In this document: piece after piece, positions 47,701-58,941 of the stretch
Layout: each line of letters starts with the position of its first letter
Position numbering within the stretch: the first letter of the stretch is position 1
Notes under the pieces: model-generated
Databases searched by the model: none
What the model was told of the DNA's origin: nothing
The model's input: only the letters and a program-made list of their open reading frames with translations
Position numbers and translations under genes: made by a program
Origin: Phoronis australis
Lineage: Eukaryota > Animalia > Phoronida
Direction: 5' to 3'
DNA length: 64,000 nucleotides
Assembly: GCA_002633005.1 (NCBI GenBank)
Contig: NMRA01000051.1
Span: 499,273-563,272 of the forward strand

Positions 47701-50700
47701 ACGTAACAAAACACGTGAACTTACTGTGCAAAGTTCCATTTGTCAATGTGGTTAAATGACTGGAGTGCACTCTTGCCCGTGTAAACGTTATACACACCGT
47801 CATCCGAGCCATTTTGCTGAAATGAAACGTGAAATGAGCACATTCCATGTGTCTCAAAACTATAATTGTAGTGGATCTGTTTCTTTTTCCAACTGTGAGC
47901 CATTCAAGTTTAGTAGGACACAAACTCATACAGTGAAACAGGAAAGTTATGGACAAATCCTTTGAACATATTGCAATTTTTACATTGACTTGTCTTATCA
48001 GAGTTATCAAAAGCAGAATTCAAAGGTTTTCTATGTTGCCAGCAAAATCACATGCATGAGTCAAGGAATGAAAATTAAGTCCCTGTAACAGACAGTTTTC
48101 ACCAATTTAGCATTGATACCATATGGAGAGAAATTTTGTCTAGTCAACTTTCTCATCGAAATACAAAAGAATGAGAAAATTTTAACTGAATCGGTATTGT
48201 CTTTGTTTGTATTAGTGCACAGAGTCCATCATAAAATAACAACTGGTAATTTCCAGCAAGGAAATCAGCCTTTGAAAATCAAAGATGATTCTGACAAATT
48301 AGTTTTGCAACTGCAATTCTTCACTTATTTAGCACAAAATGACTTAATTTTGCTAATAGTTGGGGTTTGTAAAATAAACAGAACATACAGACTTCATGGT
48401 TGAAAGGGATGTGAAATTAACTGAGAAACCAAACATCACCTTCGGTCCATACGCGAGTTTTATGAAGTGGGGCCTATGGTTGTGGAGGTGGTTCAGTTAA
48501 CAGCAAGTTGCTTTATCCCGATCTAATTAGTATTTTACCCATTGTTAATGAAAGGCTCTATTGAGCTCTGGGTCACAGGACACTCCTCTAGGTCAACCCT
48601 TTCACTTCATGTTTGCGACAGCATGAAATGTCCCCATATGAACGAATGAGTAAAGTTGAATATTCAACTTTCTCAGACCTTCTTAACACGGTTAAAAAGG
48701 TGTGTATTACTAACTAGATTAACAATCCTAACACTTTGCCTGTATAACTAACTAGTTTAAAAATCCTAAAACTTTGCCTCCAAAACTGACCACGTAGCTT
48801 TGTGCAAAGTAAGCGAGAAACAAAAAATTATTTTTCTAAGTAATTTTGGGTGTGCGAAATGAGGTGGGTGTGGTAGATTAGTGGAGAATTACCATATGTG
48901 AAGAGGAATTCCCCAGCTGCAGACTGTACAAATTGCATGTCAGCATTATGCAAAGGCTGAATTTGAAAAATCAAATGGCATAAATATCGAAAATTCCTTG
49001 ACACAAATTTTAAATAATAGCCAAAAACTGAACAGTCAACATACTTTAACCAGGCCGTCTTCATTAATATATTCTTTTCAAGAGCAAAGCTAAAATACTT
49101 GAAAGTGAGACAATCAAAACAATTAGAATCCACTAAAGAGGTTATTTTACATGTTTAAGTTAACAGTAGAAACAATTCAAAAGCAAAAAAGAGATGACAT
49201 TTTTATACTTACATTCAGGAATAAACCAAATTTGTCACCAAACTCTTTCGGAATTGGCAAAAAGGGAAATTTTCGAGCAATCTTGTTAATTTCTGCGAGC
49301 AGATCGTCATGGTAACCCCAAATAATGTCCTTGACTGAGTATTCTGTGAACATCGACTCGGAGTATTCATCAAATAAGAGTTGAAGCGCCAGTTCTACCA
49401 GGTTCTTCAGTTTGCTGTCCAATCTTAAGTTTTTGGACAACGTGGCAATACCCTGAAATACATAAAGAGGATAAAAACATAACTGCTACTATCGTAACCC
49501 CAAAATTAGATGTTAACAGGCAAATGGAATGTTTTTGCAATGAATTCTTTAACAGTTACTTTTACGTAGGCTAGGTAGTCTAATAACCCCATCATCATGT
49601 GCCATACAAAAACTCTTTGCTAAGTGAACAGAATACAAGAGCAACGCAGAGCGTTGAAATGCGCCCACAATTGCACCGCAAACGGTATCCTTCTAGGGTT
49701 GTTTATTGGTACCATAAAGTGGCCAGTAGAGGGCATATATGTAGTATGTTGTACTTAGCAAAATGGAAAGGCATGGTCATTGTCTCCTCAATAGGCTAGG
49801 GGCAAAATGTGAGTAATCTTCATAATACAAGCACATCCTATACACCAGTTGCTTAAAGCACCACAGAAACATAGAATNNNNNNNNNNNNNNNNNNNNNNN
49901 NNNNNNNNNNNNNNNNNNNNNNNNNNNNNNNNNNNNNNNNNNNNNNNNNNNNNNNNNNNNNNNNNNNNNNNNNNNNNNNNNNNNNNNNNNNNNNNNNNNN
50001 NNNNNNNNNNNNNNNATACATGCCAATTTTCACAATCATCCGTTGAGCGGTTTGGTTGATAGAGGGGTGGACGCACAAAAACAGACTCGAAAACACTAAA
50101 AATGGCCACTAAGTGGCGCAAACTATGTCAAATCCATCTGAAAACGGGAGGATAGCGTCATCTCACTAATAGGTGCCTACATACCAAATTTCATGAAAAT
50201 CCGTTAAGGACTTTTGAAGATACAAAGGTAAGCGTAAAAAACTAAAACTAGGGGGCACACCGGTAGTCGGATCCGTCCGAAAGTTCGCACATGCCGTCCC
50301 ATTCATGAATGGAACATATGTGCCAAATTTCATGAACGTATGTCAAAGGGTTTTGGAGATAGAGCAGCGGACGCCGGACGCCGCCCGGACGGACGGACAG
50401 AGATGACGGCATAATGCGTCCACATATAAATATGTGGGCGCATAAAAATCATGTATTCATCCACAAAATGTACAATGAAAATATTTGGGAAGAGAATTTT
50501 AAAACTTGGCCCCTAGTCTAAATTGACCAAATCACTGCAACCTTAGAGGTAGAAAACTGTTCTGTGAACTTGAAAGATATACGCAAAAAGCTCACCAAGT
50601 TAAAAAAATTGTGGACATTCACAACATTAGAAGCCCTTGGCTTGAAAATCAAAAAGAGCAATTTTGGCAATTATTTTTGTCGATAATTGGCAACATTTTA

Positions 50701-53666
50701 CTGTATAGGTGCATTGACAATGGATTTTATCATGCAATTTCAATCTATCAAACTATCTGCATTAATTTGGCGTAATTTACAAACAATCTACTTCCATACC
50801 TGCAGTGGCATATTGAGCGTTGTGAAGTTGTCACTTTCTCTGTTATTACCTGACGTCTTCTCATCAAAGATTAGTGTGCGTGGCTGTCTATACTCTACTG
50901 TGGAGTTATCATGGAATGTTATGTTCTGTTTTGTGCGTATCTCCCTTAAAAGTTGACCATGAAAAAAGGACATTAAGTAAAAATAAAAGTCATACGATGT
51001 TCACTCCAACATCCAGTTTGCACTTCACTGACTTATGTTTTCAAGCCTAACTCTCGTCTGTATCCAGTGATTACTGAAAGATCAGAAGGCATCGAATGCC
51101 TGATAAATTCAACATGGCAACAGACAAACCTAATATGACATGTAATCATCTCTGCAAGGGAATTTCACAAATTAAATATATCTGAAGGAGACCTGAGTTA
51201 GCTTTTATTAATACAGTAACCCAACATTGTTTTTTTTTTAGTTTTTGCCTACCTACATATTTTGAAAAGAACTCAGACAGCAATTCAAAGTGCAATATTT
51301 GTGGTTCAAAATTAAGTGCCCTAATAAACAGACACAATATTTATGACTTACTTCAAATCAAAGACCTGTCATAAGAGATATATTTGCTAACAAGATTATG
51401 CAAAAACGTGAGTGCCAAAATAACAGTTGATAAAATCTGAGTAAACGCCTATCATAAGACAATACAATCGTGACCACCTGGCTCCTTCAATTAAGCACCA
51501 CGAAAATTAAGACCTCTAGTGAGCACTAATCTTCTTATCTCAACAAATTGCACACTACTGCATGTGCACACTGCATGTGCACACTGCATGTGCACACTGC
51601 ATGTGCACAATAACACTGTCTCTTACCTTGCTGTTAAGGACGACTTATTACTGTGTACTGTGTATGATGCTTTTGTTTTGTATTTAGCTGTTTGTAACGA
51701 CATTTGCTTCTCTTTTAGTTATAATCTAGTCTTCACATTTGTAGCTAGGCTTGCCTCAATCTAATATGTTCCGTTGTGGTTACCCTTGTCTCCGCTTAGA
51801 TCAGTCTACCCGAATGGAGAATCTAAACGTTGCCGTGTGTTCTGCAACTTTTGTTTCGATACGTGTGACTCTTTTACTCAGTGAACAGTTTAGGAAGGTG
51901 TTACGTGTAATATGCTCTATTTCAGAAGTCTTTTGCATTAATTTTGCTGTGAACTGAATTCTTGATAGAACATTGTGTAATTCTCAAGCAAGTTCCGCAT
52001 GGGACACAGCCTAAATTGGCCATTGCGGTGCACTTTGGTTATGTTTTGCTTTTCAGTTTTGAAGACATTTCATTCTCAGGTTTCCGTATGTGACGGGACG
52101 TTCGTAACTTTATTGTTATTCTTATTTAGTTGCAAATGTTCAGTTATTCTTATGCTAATGTCTTTGTTGCGTCTCAGTGCGCCTTTGTTACGTGGGCATG
52201 TGGGCGCGACTGTATGTGTCGGGGACTTCGCTAGCGACAGGCTTAGAAGAAGGGTGTTTCCTTCCTTTGCTATCATGGAAATTGATCGTTGTCATATGCA
52301 ATTGAACTGAAACGTATGCTGATGAGAGGAAATACATATTTCTTATGTTCAGTGGAGACTTGCTCTGTTACACGTATAGGTTTTCAGATCGACTTCTATC
52401 GACTGTGTTCACAGGCTATTCTGGGTAACGGAACAGTAATTAACCATTTTACCACATGGTCACAATCTTGTTTTATTTGTGTCTTCTGTAACATCCATTG
52501 TCTCCGCGGTACCATGTGACTAAGGCTGATGTCCCTAGTTCCACGCTGTGCAAGTGTATTTAATGTAATTCACATCAGGGGAGATCATAGCTATGCCCTA
52601 TTGATCTGTTGATATTAGTCCCATACCTGTACGAATAGGGACCCTTCTCCTCCACAACAGGCTTAGCACCTTCATTCATGACCTCGTATGGGTTAAGAAG
52701 ATCAAACACCCAGAATTGTAAATAGACATCGGCAGGCGGTTTGATCCAGTTATCATAGGAAAGCGAGCCTTCGGCCAGGGGCATTTGCTGAAAGAGTAGA
52801 CAACCATTTTGTATTATACATTTAGATATATATATTAGTTCCGGAAGGTGAAGTACATAACAGCACACACACACACACACCTGTCAAACAACAATGACTA
52901 GAAAGTTTCGCTCTTGAAAAAGCCACAGCTGCATAAACTATTATGATCGCTCAGACACCATGAAGTTGTACTAATATCCAGACTTTGGTCAAGTTGCTGT
53001 TTGTGCTGAGGGCCATAAAGTCTATCTGTTCGAGCTAGGAAGAGTTAAGACATCAACGGCCTCATAAGGTTTCCCTCTATGCTCAAAAAGGTGCATGTAT
53101 CATGTAATATGACTTTGACATACTGTCAAAAAAATTCCAGCATATGGCAACCCTACACCCTGGCTAACAGTGGGATGGCTGTCGTCTGCAATGCCAGCAG
53201 TGCTGGCCCAGTGAGTCAGACCATAAGCACTCTCATCAGCCAATCGCCATTAATACTATTACATATACTGTCCGGGCGAGCAGCCTAAGGTGCCTGGACT
53301 GTGGTCAGACGGTGAATGGTTATAGGCCTACTGTCCATTACACTACAATAAAGTACAATACAAAAACACAGAACACATGGACCAGCCCTGCACTGCTAGT
53401 AATCCCAGTGGAAGAACCAGCTGAGGAATTTGAGTTGGGGGGGCAGAGCACAGTATTACTATTAGTCAGGTATGGCCCCTTAGCCCCCCTCTAAATCCGC
53501 CACTGAGTCTGGCGCCATACATACAGACTGGCCTGGCCTTCATCTTATTTACCTCTTGAACTTGAGAATGCAGCACATTTTGGAAGACAAAGATTGCGGC
53601 CGTTCCCAGCGCAACAAAAATGACGCCCGCGCTTACTGCCGTGACTATCTTGCACGTGCGGCCCAT
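38684..53666 (-). CDS. SCARB2: CD36-family scavenger receptor class B, LIMP-2/SCARB2-like, spliced
   Basis: Exons (minus) 53666-53553, 52787-52627, 50944-50800, 49452-49213, 47816-47725, 46285-46160, 45559-45378, 44321-44203, 43615-43542, 42766-42712 (or its duplicate 41495-41441), 40665-40507, 38773-38684 give 1557 nt in frame. Two terminal TM helices, EKGPYSYR, INGTDG, CLDSGVLNISHCKQG, SQPH, KRLQIN motifs, and an acidic dileucine tail. Confidence 0.9.
39882..40133. mobile_element. Palindromic element with ~75-bp imperfect inverted arms and two opposed tRNA B-box-like segments
   Basis: TGACCTAAAGTGAAGTCTGAAAAG ... CTTTTCAGACTTAACTAGAGGTCA; the arms extend to CATTGTAACTATCA / TGATAGTTAAATG. 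Confidence 0.6.
40507..40665 (-). CDS. SCARB2: SCARB2-like exon 11 (C-terminal TM)
   Basis: SATVTDEAAKMFK...AFAVIAFGGLILVITAFC. Confidence 0.93.
41441..41495 (-). CDS. SCARB2: SCARB2-like exon 10 (identical copy B, probably allelic)
   Basis: Same 55-nt exon with intact splice sites inside the duplicated block. Confidence 0.55.
41610..42061 (+). mobile_element. 5'-truncated non-LTR retrotransposon (ORF2 C-terminus with CCHC, LOA/R1/I-group-like) plus 3' UTR
   Basis: ORF 41614-41949: LTGHCNLARH...SPVCPECGTDVESPKHLVESCPAFYRLR is a CX2C..H..C zinc motif typical of RNase-H-bearing LINEs; structured 3' UTR; T-run tail. Confidence 0.85.
42712..42766 (-). CDS. SCARB2: SCARB2-like exon 10 (copy A)
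   Basis: GLDKLEKTLIYPILWLNE, 55 nt. Confidence 0.85.
43542..43615 (-). CDS. SCARB2: SCARB2-like exon 9
   Basis: ISGTVMHADKRLQINIGLERV. Confidence 0.93.
44105..44218. repeat. ~60-bp-period tandem duplication that copies the SCARB2 exon-8 3' end and donor
   Basis: AATCAAACTCAC(T/C)GGCTCAACATTAACC at 44131 and 44191. Confidence 0.85.
44203..44321 (-). CDS. SCARB2: SCARB2-like exon 8
   Basis: ADIIMSQPHMLHA...IDGFHPD...VNVEP. Confidence 0.94.
44849..45028. mobile_element. MITE with 26-bp TIRs
   Basis: CAAAGTCCCATTAGTGCTAGAAAAAA / TTTTTTCTGGCACTAATGGGCCTTTG; internal GATTGCCAATCTG repeats. Confidence 0.8.
45378..45559 (-). CDS. SCARB2: SCARB2-like exon 7
   Basis: SIPVQY...NPDNTGFC...CLDSGVLNISHCKQG. 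Confidence 0.95.
46160..46285 (-). CDS. SCARB2: SCARB2-like exon 6
   Basis: YWNDIWSNMINGTDGTMFHPF...FASDICR. Confidence 0.94.
47725..47816 (-). CDS. SCARB2: SCARB2-like exon 5
   Basis: QNGSDDGVYNVYTGKSALQSFNHIDKWN. Confidence 0.93.
49213..49452 (-). CDS. SCARB2: SCARB2-like exon 4
   Basis: ...SVKDIIWGYHDDLL...KFGLFLN. Confidence 0.92.
49635..50448 (-). mobile_element. HINE/DINE-1-like (Helentron-associated) non-autonomous element, copy 1, spanning an N gap
   Basis: Sub-terminal IRs ATGCGCCCAC (49659) / GTGGGCGCAT (50434), terminal hairpin AACGC-AGA-GCGTT, (CGGA)n microsatellite, A/T-run ends. Confidence 0.75.
50800..50944 (-). CDS. SCARB2: SCARB2-like exon 3
   Basis: EIRTKQNITFHDNSTVEYRQ...TTLNMPLQ. 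Confidence 0.93.
51557..51608. repeat. 13-bp minisatellite (ACTGCATGTGCAC) x4
   Basis: Directly visible. Confidence 0.9.
52627..52787 (-). CDS. SCARB2: SCARB2-like exon 2
   Basis: QMPLAEGSLSYDNWIKPPADVYLQFWVFDLLNP...EKGPYSYR. Confidence 0.95.
53406..53505. mobile_element. Short hAT-like MITE (CAGTGG...TCCGCCACTG); related pieces at ~54312-54334 and 59341-59497
   Basis: Shared end CCCCTCTAAATCCRCCACT and G/C runs. Confidence 0.55.
53553..53666 (-). CDS. SCARB2: SCARB2-like exon 1 (N-terminal TM)
   Basis: MGRTCKIVTAVSAGVIFVALGTAAIFVFQNVLHSQVQE. Confidence 0.9.
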
Positions 53667-53959
53667 GACTTACGATTTGAAGAAAAGCATTTTATTGATA
53701 TCACCATCCGGAAGATGGTTCCGAAGTTCTTTGACCGCTCATCACGGCCAGTCATGACTATCTCGTGATCATGTTTATCTAACACTTAGTAAACACGGCG
53801 AAAATGAAATACGTTTTCGAAAATTCGATGGAACGCAACCTTTAAAAAATGCCTTAAATTATGTAGTTACGTTTAAGAAAGCCAAAAAAAACGTGCGGAC
53901 CACAATTTTCATCATGGGTGTTTACAATTAAATTTGACAAAAATGTACACCTTCATTTT

Positions 53960-54200
53960 TTAGTTTAGTCGTGTGTTCTTCGGAGCCGGGCGAATCGTGC
54001 CTGGCGCGCCGACTAGCGACAAAGATTAAGGATATCTCGCTGGTTCCCTGCGTGCCGCTAGGTGGGGCGGTAGCCGCGCCAGCACGCAGGTATCACTTAA
54101 ATTTCCTCTGTAAATTTTTTTACACCGGCGTTTCTGATTGGCTAGTCGATTCGTCAACAGGCAGCGCTTTGCGCAAACAAACTGGCATGGCTGATGGACT
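53960..54200 (-). promoter_or_regulatory. CpG-rich putative SCARB2 promoter
   Basis: CpG cluster 300-500 bp upstream of the ATG, GC box GGGGCGG (~54064), minus-strand CCAAT (ATTGG ~54136). Confidence 0.45.
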
Positions 54201-55384
54201 GAAGTGTAAATGTGGTCTGTTGTACAGACAAACCGGTGCTTAAAATTATGTTCAGGAAATGTGAAGCCTAGAAATTATGATTGAGCCTTTTCGGAATGCA
54301 TCTTTNCTCTTGGCCCCCCTCTAAATCCGCCACTCACTGCTGCTCCCTTCACAGTACTCCGTCAAGACCCAGCGCCTGAGGCCGGAGCACTGAGTGATCG
54401 TTCTCTACTGATCTCTATTTGGCTCAGCAGCTTTGTTGAATGATCCTCCACGACCTTTAGTGGGGCCTAGGTGCACGGGCATGCAGGCGCAGCCAACCAC
54501 CTTACGGCATTTGAATGCAGCGCCTACGCACCGCCGGGCATAAGTTACGTTCAGTGCTCAAGGTGATGCGATGAGCTTTGGGCGCCTAGGCTAATTTTAC
54601 CACTACACACTACTCGACTTGGCGCTGGCCACGGGCCGGGAGGCTGTACACTTGTGCATGCATGCATGTCGAAACTCAGTTTTTGTACGTAACTTCCCAG
54701 CCCATTCACGTTGGAAAGTCCTGATAGAATAAATCCGAACACGACACCGAGGTTCCAGTAGCATACTGACAAACAGATCCTGGAATCTAACTTTTGTATT
54801 TTAGTTTAGGAAGGTATTAATCTTGATTTTAGTATTTTTGTTTATTTTAAAATGTTTGTGCTACTCGAAGCCTATGATTTTAAATTTTGTGAAAAATGAA
54901 ATTGTTAAAAAAATTCCAAAGCCTCTGTACCTAATGTATCATTAGCACTTTTAGAACTCAAACACTGTCAATGATCTCCGTTGCAGGAACTCCAGTGACA
55001 ACTGTGAGCATTGTGCGCCACTGTGTGTCTGAACAACTGGTCAAACTGCTTTAAATAACTGCAATTCTCCCCCATTTTCACTAATGAAGATTAAACCTGG
55101 AAACTTACAATTTTGAAACGTTGCTTTATGAATTGGGTTGTTTGTTGATTACATGAAATTTAATTTAATTTTCTAGTCTTGTCGCCTGTGCCACTGCATG
55201 GCCGGCGCGCGATCGTTTTGTAGGTGGTGTTCTAGGAAAGGGCAGCCTTTTTGGTATGATTGAAATGATGCACGGTGCTGCGCATGAATTTGTGGATGTA
55301 TTGTTTTCGTTTTTGGCTTTCTTGAGATTTGTCGGCATTTTGGACTCAGTATACATTTATAGGCTTAATTTCGAAGTTTATGAC

Positions 55385-55840
55385 TACCGGGATTTTCCGT
55401 AGATAAGTCCTTCCCGGCGATGAAACGCCCATGGGCGATAGGAAAAATATGCCGAATAAACGCCCATGTGCGTTTATTTCAGTGTTACAACTTCTGGAGT
55501 CAAGTGTGCAGATAGTGGGGGATTAATTTGAAAAAAAAAATTCTCTTAAAAGACCACTCAGCGTCAACTTAATTTTTTGTCACAAATTCAGTTTTGTGGA
55601 GCATTTATCATATTTAGAAACGAACAAAGTGTTGTCTAACTATGCATTGATTAACATAAAACAGTTTTTCAGTAAAAATCAAAGTCAAGAAACCTCTTAA
55701 TTACAATTATGATTTTCCGTTTACACGCTCCTCCCTCCTTTGTCGAATAAACGCCCGGGCTTTTTTGGCGTTACTAAACCGCCTGAAAAATTCTCATTTT
55801 CCGAGTACACGCCCATGAGCTTATCTACGGAAAATCCCAG
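55385..55840. mobile_element. pogo/Tc1-mariner-type MITE
   Basis: Perfect 19-bp TIR GGGATTTTCCGTAGATAAG (55389) / CTTATCTACGGAAAATCCC (55820); internal AAACGCCC repeats; TA on the left flank. Confidence 0.8.
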
Positions 55841-58764
55841 AAAGAAGCATTAGAGCCGACCTCTTCTCCCCCAATCCCTTCGAAGCATTACTAATTTGAT
55901 CCCAGATGTCTTTATTACCGTTTCATGTATCCTAAAAGTCTTGTTTTAGTTTTTCATGTGAAATTCGTGCAAGTCATTGACTCCACTAGGAGGATAACTT
56001 ATTTCATAAAGGCTTGCGAATGTAGTTTGAAAGCCTCGGACTGTTATCCCACGTGCCTCATTTGAGTTATTTACCACCCCCACCCCCCGGTTGCAAGCTA
56101 TTAAAAGAGCCCCAGCGAATGCACATGGGCGTAACTTTTGAGTCTTCATGCAGTCCTGTGTATGAGGGAAGAAACAAAATCATGTAAAGCATTGAGAATG
56201 GTATTTATTATATCAGAATTGTCACTGTATCAATGAAACAAGCTGACACTCTTGTCAAGGAAAGTGGNGCGGATTTCTTAGAATACGACTGGTCGAGCAG
56301 GGCGTCATCGTCATAAGCGCAACGGATTTGACTAAAGACAGCATCATCTGATTCTTCTGACTGAGTTCCACCTCCACTGTTCTCTGATATAATGTTGCCA
56401 GGAAGGGGTCTTGCCCCTCCCTTTGGCCTGCGGAAAATAAACACTAAAATGACAAGGAAATAAATTTGGTCATGTAACATGTTACATCTAATCGGGAGGA
56501 TGTTCTTATGTGTGTGTGTGTTGGTCACAGAAATTAGTGTTCCTCACGAGAAAAGCTTCTAGATGTTTTTCGTAAATGTCTGCACGGATTCTACTAGTGT
56601 ATGCCATTGTATACCCACGTGGTTAAGGTTTCATTGAAGCACTTCAATAGTTTCTTTGTTGGGTTTACCCAGCTCAACACAGTGGGGTGCCTTTGATACT
56701 TTAAACCTGGTGTTACTGAACCAGCTCCCTGGTTTAGCAAAACCAGGCTTTCAGACTCTTAAAATGTTTGTGAAATGCAAGTCAGGTCTAAAATTAGAAC
56801 AGGTTTAGGAGGACCAGGTTTAAGTCTAAAACCTGGTTTTGTTAAACCACCTTTATGAAATCGGCTGCTAGACTTGCGCTTGCGGGCAAACGGTCGGTTT
56901 TTGTCCTTCGTCGATATCGCTTTCAGAATTCCCACAGCTTGTCAGGCCGTTGTATCGATCAATTCGAAATTAAAACTCAAATAACGCAGTTGCAGGGGCG
57001 AAAGCGGCAGAAAAATTATCCTGAGAAGTAATTATGAGCTAGTTGAGAAAAAAATGAAAACGTCAGATAAAAATTTGCTCTCATTAAAATCTGCCAATGG
57101 TACAACGTGGACAGGAGCTCATTACGTAGGCCAATTGTTCTGATCATAACCAGGTGGATTGTAAGAGGGGAGGCCAAATAATGCTCACCACCCTCTCCCC
57201 AATCGGTGGCAAAGTCGACTATTAAGTTGAAGTTTATGTAGGACCTTGTGGACACTTTCATCATGAAAATCATATAAACCATATTTTTGTTAGTTCCTCA
57301 TGCAAAAAAACATTTTAAAAAGAATTTCTAGCAGCATTTAGGGAACAGCGCAAAGTATTTGAAAGTTTTATGTTAATCAAATCAGCCATTTCTGAAATGG
57401 CCAAATTTGGACATTTTTATAGGGTCCGGCATAACCTTAATAGAGAGAGCCATTCAACTGGCTTTTCCCTTTAGCAGTCCTGCTCTGAGAGCTCAAGGCA
57501 AACGGGAAACAAACTCCTTGAATGTGAGATTCTTGCATGAAAGCAAAATTTTTATCAGAAAATACAACAGATGGCGTGCTGATCAGAATTAAAAATGTTT
57601 ACAGTCTATATTTCCAAGCCTGTTTAAGATTTACATATTCATGTAAAACTCAAGTATCAACAAGTTTATTAAATCAACATTTTGAAGCATGAACATCACA
57701 TAACTCGCCATCCATCATAAATACTAAGTTTTGGTTTACACCAGTTACAATATTCCTTAGTAAAATTGGAGGCGATTTCTGGGGTTGCAAAAACTCACGT
57801 TTTTGTGGAGACTAGGGTTTACAATTTGGCCTGAAACAGTGGGCCATTTGATGGACTCATGGTCCTAAAGAATAACAAACTGCCAGTTTTTTCAATCCCA
57901 GAAATCACTTCTCACTTTAGTGAACTTGAGAATAAGTCAAAACCAATTTTGTAGCAGTAACTGATCTATTAAATAAATTATGAACTCGAATTTTTGACCA
58001 ACAGAGGCACTGGTCATTTTCAGGTGTCCCAGATTTTTAGAACCAGTTAGAAACCTGTTATTCAGAGGAAAGTGGTTCTCAAATTCTGGACCACTAGAAT
58101 TTAATGAATTGTGTGACATCTCAGCAAATAGCTGTCAAACCAACAAGCATTCAAAAACTACACATTGGCATAAATAGACAAATTTGTTAAAATGTCAGGA
58201 ACATGCCCGTTTGCTCATATGATTTTTACTGACATACCCCGGAAACTGCTATGTTCATGTCTGGAGCAGTGACATAGGGTCAAATATGGTCAGTAAACAA
58301 GACGACTTTGTCAGCCATTACATGGCCTCCAATCATTGTGTACATTGAGTTTTCCAGGATATTGTTTAATTTTCCAGTTTTCCAAGACATTACCCTCATT
58401 TGCCATGACTTTGAACAAAATTTTAATTTTTCATGAGTTTTCTTGGGTGGTATTTTCATTTTCCATGAGTTTACGAGGCTGTTGTTTTCATTCTCCATGA
58501 ATTTTCAGGAAATTTCTTTCAATTCATTTTCCAGGAGTTTCCAGTGGACTTACGGTCATTTGTGATAGGAACTCACCATATGCTACGAAATATAAAGGGT
58601 TTTTCATTTCTTCTTAATGGAATTTTACATGATTTTTCCATACATGGAAATCATTTTTGTCAAATCCATTTTTATAGGTAATGGGAACTATGCATTAGCT
58701 CAGTTCCAACGTACATTTCACAGAATAAAGGTGGACAGCAACAGGACGCAGCTGCCACCTGTTG

Positions 58765-58941
58765 TCAGTCATTGAACCAATCAAGAAATAGGAGACTGAA
58801 TGAGCACATGACCAAGAAGAACAGTATCCACACTCGGAAACCAGCATTGTTTTTCATGGCCTCTCTAATGTCTTCATTGGCGTCCTTGATATTCTCTGTC
58901 GTCCCAACCACTGTGTGTGATATCCGGTCTATATCTTTTTC
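58765..58941 (-). CDS. STX18: STX18 last exon (SNARE end + tail anchor)
   Basis: [19 protein letters not shown]...LLFLDWFND*. Confidence 0.96.
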   Translation of the reverse strand, partial: EKDIDRISHTVVGTTENIKDANEDIREAMKNNAGFRVWILFFLVMCSFSLLFLDWFND

